Positions 1 to 8,142 of a stretch of 64,000 nt of DNA are shown here, in pieces. A program made the position numbers and the translations under genes. How positions within the stretch are numbered: position 1 is the first letter of the stretch; each line of letters begins with the position of its first letter. Origin of the DNA: Euglena gracilis (Eukaryota); contig CP154954.1 of assembly GCA_039621445.1 (NCBI GenBank), positions 39,269,816-39,333,815 of the forward strand. The letters are read 5' to 3'. The notes under the pieces were generated by a model that did no database searches, was not told the origin of the DNA, and worked only from the letters and a program-made list of their open reading frames with translations.

Positions 1-597
1 GAGGAACAGCCAAAAATGGGAGTTGAAGAAATTTTCCGTTTTGTTGAGCGAAAATTGTCATCCAGGGACTCTCAAGACATGATACACAGTTCCAGGGAGC
101 CAAATCCATTTGGAAACCGGAGGGCCAGGTCTGCTAAGGCAGATCGGGCCAAGGGGTCCAGGACACCCTCCCCAACACGGTCAGCAAAGGGGGGCGAAAC
201 GGTGGCAAAACTGTCCGTTGGAAAATCAGATTCACAGGTGGCAGCCCCTGCGACCAATGCAAACATGAACCCCCCCGTGCAAAATCCAGTGCCAGTGGTT
301 CGATCACAGTCATTGCCACCCCCCCAGCAATCTCAATTTGGCAATGGGGGGGGATGGAGAAATGATTCTGGGTGGAATTCCAATGCCAATGCCAATTTTC
401 AGGGAAATCAGTGGTGGCATTCAAATCAACAGAATTTTGACTCACAGTCTGGTGGAGGCAAAGGCAAAGGCAAAGGCAAGGGCAAAGGAAACAATTCTTG
501 GGGGAAAGGAAACAATGGAAATGACTGGTCTAGGGGAAAGGGCCAGGATGGTGGAAAAGGCAAAGGAAAAGGAAGGGGGAAAGGAAACCGTTGCTAG
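1..597 (+). CDS. gag: Gag-like protein, C-terminal part (5'-truncated by window), with G/K/N/W-rich tail
   Basis: Frame open from base 1 to TAG 595-597 and lies upstream of pol. Ends in GKGKGKGKG low-complexity sequence. No CCHC knuckle visible. Confidence 0.65.
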   Translation, partial: EEQPKMGVEEIFRFVERKLSSRDSQDMIHSSREPNPFGNRRARSAKADRAKGSRTPSPTRSAKGGETVAKLSVGKSDSQVAAPATNANMNPPVQNPVPVVRSQSLPPPQQSQFGNGGGWRNDSGWNSNANANFQGNQWWHSNQQNFDSQSGGGKGKGKGKGKGNNSWGKGNNGNDWSRGKGQDGGKGKGKGRGKGNRC

Positions 598-1450
598 GAC
601 AGCCGGGGTGGACCGTTGGGGGCGGGAGCCGCCCCGGGCTCGCATACCCAGCCCCACACAAAGACATACGCAACTCCCAAATGGCATGAAAAATCTCGTG
701 CGAGTGAAAACACGATGAAAAATCTGCCATCCCAGGAGACCTTTGCGCAAGGTGTGTCCAGTGTGTCGGGTGCGTGCGTGCGTGACGTGCAAATCTGTGA
801 TTCAGCCCAAATCTGTAAAAAACCAGACCTCATAAGAGGTCGTGCACAGCCTTCCGTAAAGAAAAGAGCTTTAGACCTTTTTTGCGGTAAAGGCTCGGTT
901 GGGGATTGCCTGAGAGAGCAGGGGTTTAAGGTTGTGTCAGTGGACATAAACCCCAGATTTAACCCAACCCACTGTGCAAATATTTTGGAATGGAGATATT
1001 GGAGGTACCCCCCCGGATATTTTCAGATCATCGCTGCGGGGGTGCCCTGTACAGAATATAGCTTGGCCAAAACATTGGGAGTCAGAAATTTGGAGGTGGC
1101 AGATCGGCTGGTCAAAAAAACTTTGGAGATTGTCGAATATTTCAAACAAAAATGGTGGTGGATTGAAAATGCCGGTAATGGACTTTTGCGGAAAAGACCC
1201 TGTGTTCAAAATCTGACTTTTTGATGTTGATTATTGTCAATTTTCAGATTGGGGATATCAAAAGCCCACCCGAATCTGGGGGAGCGAAAATCTGAGCAAG
1301 CTACAAAACAAACTTTGTGATGGCCAGACCTGCCCGAATTTGATTCCTGGGGGGAGGAGTCACCGAGAAAAGTTGGGAGGATATGGAATGACAGTTGGCA
1401 CCCAGAAAAAATGGAGGATGCCCAAACAACTGGTGGAGTATTTGTTAACC
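598..1450 (+). CDS. C5-cytosine DNA methyltransferase domain (split by +1 frameshift at 1218-1224)
   Basis: Motif I LDLFCGKGS (~871-897), VVSVDI, catalytic motif IV AGVPCTEYS (~1036-1062), motif VI WWIENAG. After the shift: DYCQFSDWGYQKPTRIW (motif VIII-like) and WRMPKQLVEYLL (motif X-like). Confidence 0.88.
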
Positions 1451-4400
1451 GTGTTGGAACGAAAAAGCGGATATCGTAGGGAGGATTATGCTGTTAGGAA
1501 AGTTTGTATGGAGGAAATTGAGAAGGAATTTCGGGTTAAGGCGGAACGGGATTGTTTTGCAACCAGCCAAAATGCCAGGTGTGAAAAGTTTTACGGGGAG
1601 GATGATGATGCCATGAAAAAGGATTGGGGGGCGGAGGAAACGTTGTGGATGAACCCCCCCTGGACTTTGTGGCCTGAGGTGGCTGAAAAATTGCAAAATT
1701 CCAATTGTCGGGCAATTTGTATTTGCCCAGACTGGAATAGGAGGTGGGTGAAAAATCTGGTGGCTATGGCTGTCAAAAAGATTTATTTTCCCAAGGGGAC
1801 AAAGTTGTTTGAGGCTGATGGGAGGATTTTGAGGGGTACCCGTTGGGGGGTGTGGGCCTTGTTGATGGATAGAAGGCAACCCTCCCAGGGGGGGGCAGCC
1901 CCAGGGAAGAAAAAATTGGTACGGCTGAAAAAAAGAATGTTGAGGGGGACAAAAACTCGGGGAGGAGCAAAGAAACTCGGGGAGGACAGACAACTGCTGT
2001 TAAAAACACAGATTCGGTTGGCAAAAAAAAAAAAAAAAACAGTCCGAATTTTGATTGACACGGGGGCGGAGGCAAACCTCATTCGACAAGGGTTGATAGG
2101 GGACCACCTAATGTATCCTGCTAAGGACCCGTTAAGGTTTGAAACTGCCAATGGGCAAACTTTGGCGGGGGGGAGCAGATGTGCAAAGGTGAAAATGATC
2201 CTACAACAAAATTGGAATGAGGAAAGGGAAATTGAGAGGGTGGAATATGATGTTGAATTTTATGAGGCAAATATCAAAGTTGATGCCATTCTTTCTTATC
2301 CATGGTTGGCAGAGGCAAAACTGGGAATTTTTCCACACCACAAGGCGTTGGTGAAAGACAGCCCCGACCTGATTTTTTTGCGGGGTGTTGAAAGACGGAG
2401 GGGTCCGCAAAAATTCAGGGATGACACAAAATTTTCAGTGGACAATGTGACTGTGGCGGACGGGTCTTCGTTTGGGTTGCAAAAACTTGGTCTTTGTTTG
2501 CCATTGGAAGGGTTGGACCAGGAATTGCAATTTTTGAGCGATGAGGACCTGGGGGAGGTAGCCACAAATTTGGAGGGAAGTGACCCCCCAGTGCAAGTTA
2601 TCAACCGAATGATAATTGCAAGGGAGGGGGAGGACAAAAAAGAGGATGAACGGGTAGTCAAGTTGAGGGAACAAGTTTTGGAAGATTACCGGGGGACGGT
2701 ATTTCGGTCATCGCCATTTCCAGACCCCCCCGAAAGAGGACAATATGGTTATGCATACATACCTTTGAAGGAGGGGGCAAAGCCAACCAGACAGAAACCT
2801 TTTTTCATGCACGGTGAGCGGAAAGAGGCACTTGAAAAAATCACACAAGACTGGCTAGACAAAAAATACATTGAGCCAGCCACAGCCAAAAATTCTGAAT
2901 GGCTGTCCCAGACTTTTCCAGTTCCAAAAAAATCCAACGATTTTCCTTGGAGGGGGGTGGTGGACCTCAGGGGGCCAAACAGCCAAACAAGGCGATGCAA
3001 CTACCCCCTACCCAAAATTGAAGACATTTTGGTCAAACATGGTGCAAACCAAATGTTTTCGATCATCGATTTGAAGCAAGCTTTCCACCAACAACCCCTA
3101 CACCCAGAAAGTCGACCCATAACGTGTTGTTTCACCCCCAAAGGGATTTTTCAGTGGAGGGTGAACGTAATGGGTTTGACAAATGCCCCCCAACAATTTC
3201 AGCAAATGATCGATGACCGTTTGACACCAGTAAGGGATATCGCCACAGGGTATATAGACGACATACTGGTGGGGACAACGGTCGGGGAAGGGGAGGATCT
3301 AGTGGGGGCACACGAAAAAGATTTGAGGAGGGTGTTGGAAGTGCTCAAAACAGAACTTTTGGTGGCTGATGAATTCAAAGCCAAACTTTTTGTGGAGGAG
3401 GTTGAATTTTGTGGACAAATTTTAGGAAACGGGACTAGGAGGCCTGCACCGGGTAAGTTACGAGCGATCGAAAAGTGGGAGATTCCAAAAACAATTACGG
3501 CTTTGAGAGCCTTTTTGGGATTCACAAATTATTACAATGCATACATTCACATGTATGCGGAAGTAGCTGCCCGGTTGCAAGACAAATTGAAAGTCCCCAG
3601 GGAGGTGGGAAAGAAAGGAAGTCGAAAACCTGTGGAATTTGATGGGGAGGATTTAAAAGCTTTTGAGGAGCTGAAAAAAAGGTTGTGTTCGGGCCTAATG
3701 TTGCAACGGGTAGACCCAGATAAACCCTTTGTGCTAAGGGTTGATGCCAGTGGGTACGCCTTGGGGGCAACGTTAGAGCAAATGAAGGAGGGGGGAGGAA
3801 GACCCACAGCCCAGGATGTGATTGAGAAAAAAACTGTGCCAGTGGCTTTTATGTCTCGAAAATTGACCGAGGGGCAAAGAAAATGGACCCCCAGGGAGTT
3901 GGAGACGTACGCCATAATTTTGGCACTACAAAAATGGGAAAGTTGGATAGGATTGCAACCCGTTTTGGTTTTAACCGACCACCAAAGTTTGGAGTCTTGG
4001 ACAAGGGAGGTCCTAGACACCCCCAGTGGTCCGGTTGGGAGGAGGGCGAGATGGCATCAAATTTTCTCCAAGTATGACTTGACGGTGGGATATATCCCGG
4101 GTAAAGAAAATACCATAGCCGATATCCTTAGTCGGTGGGCGTACCCAGCTTCACAGGCCTTAAGGGATATAAGTAAGCACGGGTCAGCCGAAGACAAGGA
4201 TGAAATGGAAAATTTTATCCGGGAGGAAAAAGAAGAGGAAAAACAGTGTTTGGAGATAAGAATCAAAAACCAGCCCAATGTACGTAATGCCTGGATACGA
4301 GGGGTGACAACCCGTAGTGGCAAAAACGTAACACCCGAGGAGGAAAAAGGAGAGTGCACAAGGAGGGGAACCGAGGGTGGGGTAGACCCAGGAGGAAAAG

Positions 4401-6064
4401 ACACCCCTGTGGACACCCACTCACAAGGGCCCAGGAAAGAAAAGAAACGAGTTCATTTTTGGGATGAGAAAGTGGGGGGGGAGACGACCCCTGTCCCGGA
4501 GACGGCTGAAAGTTCGAGGGGGGACACTTGTATGGAAGTGGGGGACGCCCTGCCAAGTACGACCCCTAAGGATATTAAGCCCGTATGGGAGCGTGATTGG
4601 GGGGAAGCATATTCCCGATGCCCCACATGGAAAGAAAAATGGGAGGCTACCAAAGGTGATTCAGTTTGGCCCAAAAGCTATAAAGTCTTGAACGGTCAAC
4701 TGTTTTTCGAGGAAAAGTTGTGTGTGCCTGAAAGTTTCCAACACTTGGTGATTCAAGAAAATCACGAGTTTTTGGGGCACGTTGGCCCTGAAAAAGTTTG
4801 GAAACACATGACAATCCGTTTTGTTTGGGCTGATGAAAAGGCTGCAAAGCAACTCAACCAAAATTGCAGCAAAAACTGTTCCACATGCCAAGCGAGTGTG
4901 AGGGGGGAGAGTTTGAAAGGACCGATCGAGTCCACACCCATACCCCCTGCACTAATGACAAGTGTTGCCATCGATTTGTTTCGGATGCCAAGGGTTTTAC
5001 ACGATGGGGGGGAGTATGACACCCTAGCCCTTTGTGTGGATAGGCATTCGGGTTGGATTGTGGGGGTTGCATGCAAGGACAAGGGATTGACCGGTGCCAA
5101 GTTGGCTAAGGAAATGGTGAAAAATCAGTGGAGGCCTTTTGGGGTTCCCTCGGTCATCTCAAGTGACCAAGGGAGCCATTTCACAAGCACTTGGTGGAAA
5201 AACATGTGTGCGCTTTTGGGGATTAGGCAAGCGTATTCCCAAGCATACCACCACCAAGCAAACGGGAGGGTTGAGAGAGCCGGACAACAGGTAATGGAGG
5301 TGTTGAGAAAATTGTATGTGGAAGAAAAAATTAATTGGGTTGAAGCTTTACCCCAAGTTTTGGACCGAATTCATGACGTAAAAGGGGAAAGCGGATTGAG
5401 CCCATATGAAATTGTGACGGGAAGGGAAAGACCATTGGCAGGGGTACCCTACCAACCACCCAAAGAATGTGAGGATTCGGTGGAGTTTTTCCGAAGGATG
5501 CAAGACATTGATGGGAGGGTGGCTAGGATACTCAACAATAAACATGAGGATGGGGAGGCAAGGATAAATAAGGGGAGGAAAGAAATGGAACCCCTAAAGG
5601 TGGGGATGATGGTTTGGTATAGGAGACCCGAAGGGTCGGGTGATAAGCTTGACTCTAGGTGGGTGGGACCTGGGGTCGTGAAGGGTAGAGAAGGGGAACG
5701 GAGTTATGTTATCGAAATGAAATCTGGGGTGGAGACAAAAGCTCATAGGAGTTTTTTGAAGGAATATCGAGAACCCCAAGTGGAAGGTAAGGGGGTGCCT
5801 CTTTTTTATTATAAACGGACCGAAAAAGAAGAAGAGGCATTACCTGATGAGTGGGAGGTGGAAAAAATTCTAAAGCACCGGAAAGGAAAGGATGGAAAGT
5901 GGGAATTTTTGACAAAGTGGGTCGGATATGAGGATGGGGAGGAAACCTGGGAACCGGCTGGAAATTTCATTCACAGATTTAGTGAAGAGTTTGTGAAATA
6001 TTGTCGTGAGAAAAAAGTGAAAGTGGACGTAATGTCCGAATTAAAAATTGACGGTGGGCCATAA
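1223..6064 (+). CDS. pol: Pol polyprotein: DNMT C-terminus, Dam-like MTase, aspartic protease, RT, RNase H, integrase, chromodomain
   Basis: ILIDTGAEAN (protease, ~2057), YIDD (3251-3262), VDASG/RELE/LTDH (RNase H), H..GH...C..C plus SDQG/NGRVE (integrase), WVGP, WEVEKILKHR...KWVGY...TWEP (chromodomain). The frame is uninterrupted. Confidence 0.95.
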   Translation, partial: DVDYCQFSDWGYQKPTRIWGSENLSKLQNKLCDGQTCPNLIPGGRSHREKLGGYGMTVGTQKKWRMPKQLVEYLLTVLERKSGYRREDYAVRKVCMEEIEKEFRVKAERDCFATSQNARCEKFYGEDDDAMKKDWGAEETLWMNPPWTLWPEVAEKLQNSNCRAICICPDWNRRWVKNLVAMAVKKIYFPKGTKLFEADGRILRGTRWGVWALLMDRRQPSQGGAAPGKKKLVRLKKRMLRGTKTRGGAKKLGEDRQLLLKTQIRLAKKKKKTVRILIDTGAEANLIRQGLIGDHLMYPAKDPLRFETANGQTLAGGSRCAKVKMILQQNWNEEREIERVEYDVEFYEANIKVDAILSYPWLAEAKLGIFPHHKALVKDSPDLIFLRGVERRRGPQKFRDDTKFSVDNVTVADGSSFGLQKLGLCLPLEGLDQELQFLSDEDLGEVATNLEGSDPPVQVINRMIIAREGEDKKEDERVVKLREQVLEDYRGTVFRSSPFPDPPERGQYGYAYIPLKEGAKPTRQKPFFMHGERKEALEKITQDWLDKKYIEPATAKNSEWLSQTFPVPKKSNDFPWRGVVDLRGPNSQTRRCNYPLPKIEDILVKHGANQMFSIIDLKQAFHQQPLHPESRPITCCFTPKGIFQWRVNVMGLTNAPQQFQQMIDDRLTPVRDIATGYIDDILVGTTVGEGEDLVGAHEKDLRRVLEVLKTELLVADEFKAKLFVEEVEFCGQILGNGTRRPAPGKLRAIEKWEIPKTITALRAFLGFTNYYNAYIHMYAEVAARLQDKLKVPREVGKKGSRKPVEFDGEDLKAFEELKKRLCSGLMLQRVDPDKPFVLRVDASGYALGATLEQMKEGGGRPTAQDVIEKKTVPVAFMSRKLTEGQRKWTPRELETYAIILALQKWESWIGLQPVLVLTDHQSLESWTREVLDTPSGPVGRRARWHQIFSKYDLTVGYIPGKENTIADILSRWAYPASQALRDISKHGSAEDKDEMENFIREEKEEEKQCLEIRIKNQPNVRNAWIRGVTTRSGKNVTPEEEKGECTRRGTEGGVDPGGKDTPVDTHSQGPRKEKKRVHFWDEKVGGETTPVPETAESSRGDTCMEVGDALPSTTPKDIKPVWERDWGEAYSRCPTWKEKWEATKGDSVWPKSYKVLNGQLFFEEKLCVPESFQHLVIQENHEFLGHVGPEKVWKHMTIRFVWADEKAAKQLNQNCSKNCSTCQASVRGESLKGPIESTPIPPALMTSVAIDLFRMPRVLHDGGEYDTLALCVDRHSGWIVGVACKDKGLTGAKLAKEMVKNQWRPFGVPSVISSDQGSHFTSTWWKNMCALLGIRQAYSQAYHHQANGRVERAGQQVMEVLRKLYVEEKINWVEALPQVLDRIHDVKGESGLSPYEIVTGRERPLAGVPYQPPKECEDSVEFFRRMQDIDGRVARILNNKHEDGEARINKGRKEMEPLKVGMMVWYRRPEGSGDKLDSRWVGPGVVKGREGERSYVIEMKSGVETKAHRSFLKEYREPQVEGKGVPLFYYKRTEKEEEALPDEWEVEKILKHRKGKDGKWEFLTKWVGYEDGEETWEPAGNFIHRFSEEFVKYCREKKVKVDVMSELKIDGGP
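1480..1870 (+). other. Dam-like (phage/DIRS-type) DNA N6-adenine methyltransferase domain within pol, upstream of protease
   Basis: RDCFATSQNARCEKFY (DxFA SAM-binding motif), LWMNPPW (NPPW catalytic motif, codon at 1652), ICICPDW...W. Confidence 0.85.
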
Positions 6065-6100
6065 GCTCTTGAGAGAGCTAGGAGGCCTTGACTCAAGATT

Positions 6101-6114
6101 AAGGGAAGGCAAAG
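6101..6114 (+). promoter_or_regulatory. Polypurine tract of family A
   Basis: AAGGGAAGGCAAAG immediately before the LTR start TGTTTTTCACC; repeated at 11940-11953. Confidence 0.7.
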
Positions 6115-6117
6115 TGC

Positions 6118-8142
6118 TGTTTTTCACCCATCATTAAAATTCCAAATCCGGATTTGCATGTCTGTGTGTGTGCTCGCGCGCACGTGTGTGTGCGCAAATG
6201 CGCATGAGTGTGTGGAGGAGGGAATGGTCACACCCAAGCAACAAGAATCTGCCATGGAAAGAGAATGGAGAAAGGCAGAAAAAGGCCCCGCACGGGGGCC
6301 GGAGTGCAAAGGGGCACCACTGTATATACACCGCCCATTTATTATATTGCCGTTCGCTGTCCCTCTTCCCATCCCTTCCCTCTCCCTACCCCTCGCGTTG
6401 CTTCCCCTCGCATCACAGTTATGCGGTGGTGTTATAAGGGTTCCACAAATCATTCGGATGAGGATGGATTACACCATGGTTGGGAGTCCATGGTCACATT
6501 ATGAACCCCCACTCGGTTTGTTAAGGGGACAGAGTTTTGACAAAAATTCCCCCGGCCCGAGGAGGGGGGGGAGGGCGCCTTGATTTTTTGATAAAAATTC
6601 CCCCGGCCCGAGGAGGGGGGGGGGCGCCTCGATTTTTTGACAAAAATCCCCCCGGCCCGAGGAGGGGGGGGGGGGCGTTCGATTTTTTGACAAAAATCCC
6701 CCCGGCCCGAGGGGGGGCGCCTCGATTTTTTGACAAAAACCCCCCCGGCCCGAGGAGGGGGGGGGGGCGCCTCGATTTTTTGATAAAAATCCCCCCGGCC
6801 CGAGGAGGGGGGGGGGCGTTCGAGTTTTTTGACAAAAATCCCCCCGGCCCGAGGAGGGGGGGGGGGGGCGCTTGATTTTTTGACAAAAATCCCCCCGGCC
6901 CGAGGAGGGGGGGGGGCGCCTTGAATTTTTTTGGACAAAAATCCCCCCGGCCCGAGGAGGGGGGGGGCGTTCGATTTTTTTGACAAAAATTCCCCCGACC
7001 CGAAAAGGGGGGGGGCGCCAACCGAATTTTTACCAAAAATCCCCCGACCCGTTGGAAGGGGGGGGGCAGAACTTGGTGAAGACCCTCATACCACCCGTGA
7101 GAAGCGGGGGGGGGGGCAGCCTAATATTCATTGGTTGGTGAACCAAGTCTTTCCCAAAGGTTTGAAGGCACTTGAAAGCCATAGTCCCTGAAGTTTGTTT
7201 CCCATTTGTTGATTCAAGGAAGAATGGGTGTGGGACATAGGCTTTGGATGAAAGAGTGCCGAATGGAGGATTTCCCCCCCATTGTTGAGGAACGGGGGGG
7301 GGGACGAATTTTTTGGTGTCCGACTAAGGTCGCAAGGGAGGGGGTGTCGGCCGCCGGCTTGCGCCGGCAGCCAAAAATTGCCAGAAGGCGCAAATTTCAA
7401 AGTCGCGGCTAACAGCCAATCAGTTAAAAAAACCCGCGACTTAAATTGGAAGCGGGTCAAATTTCGAAGCGCCTTCGAATTTGTTTTTTTTCACAGAACT
7501 TGAGGGGTTTTCCCCAATATTTGGCAAGAAGGGATACTTTGAAGTTGAATTTGTCATTTGGACTTTGAATCGGAGTATCAAGTTGAGTTTCATTGTTGGT
7601 CATTGATCTATTGAAGTCAATTGTTGTGAAGGAGCCTTTAACACCACCGCCCACCTCCCTATATCCCCGCCATCTTCACCTCCGTCTTCGCCTCCGACGA
7701 CCACTCCTTACCCCAGGTTTGCACATTCCAAAGTTTGCACATTTCACAGTTTTCAGTTTCTCAATTCAAGGTCCCAAAGTCCCAAAGTGGGTTGGTTTGT
7801 GGTTGGCCTTTGGGTTGGTTTGCCATCAAGGTGTGCAAGAGAGAGAGAAGTGAGGTTTTCACATCAAAATGGCAGATCTTTCAGTTTTCACTAAGTTTTC
7901 GGAAACCGTTCAAAAAACGATCCTACGCACCGGCTGGGGGTGGGGAAACCACCTGGGTGAACAAACGGGGGTTGACTTGAGCCCACCAAACCCCGGAGAA
8001 AGCGCAGGCCCCACCCCGGAAACACCACCCCCCCTGTCGGTGGTCCTCCCCACTGGCGAGGACCCCCCTGGGCCCTCGGCCCGAAGGGACTCGGCGGTCG
8101 CGGAGGCGACCGACAGCCCGGGGGTGGCGGACCCGGTGAACA
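6118..8142 (+). repeat. Family A LTR (~2.0 kb), shared between the two tandem units
   Basis: Starts TGTTTTTCACC and ends GGTGAACA (imperfect terminal inverted repeat). Preceded by the PPT, followed directly by the PBS, and duplicated at 11957-14002. Confidence 0.88.
6535..7070. repeat. ~48-50 bp tandem array (about 11 units) inside LTR
   Basis: Unit TTTTTTGACAAAAATCCCCCCGGCCCGAGGAG(G)nCGCCTCGA with variable homopolymer lengths. Confidence 0.9.

Larger units (their letters stand above)
1..8142 (+). mobile_element. Ty3/gypsy chromodomain LTR retrotransposon, family A (5' end outside window), carrying C5 and N6A DNA methyltransferase domains
   Basis: Domain order PR-RT-RH-IN-chromo in ORF 1340-6064, polypurine tract at 6101-6114, and a TG...CA LTR at 6118-8142 that is repeated at 11957-14002. 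Confidence 0.93.

Noticed and set aside
598-1870. Bacterial restriction-modification system or contamination
   Set aside because: The MTases are embedded between gag and protease of a eukaryotic LTR element and no endonuclease partner is seen
1480-6064. DIRS element (because of the Dam-like MT domain)
   Set aside because: Has aspartic protease, DDE integrase, chromodomain, direct LTRs and tRNA PBS; no tyrosine recombinase
6535-7070. CRISPR-like array
   Set aside because: Units are contiguous with no unique spacers, lie inside an LTR, and there are no cas genes
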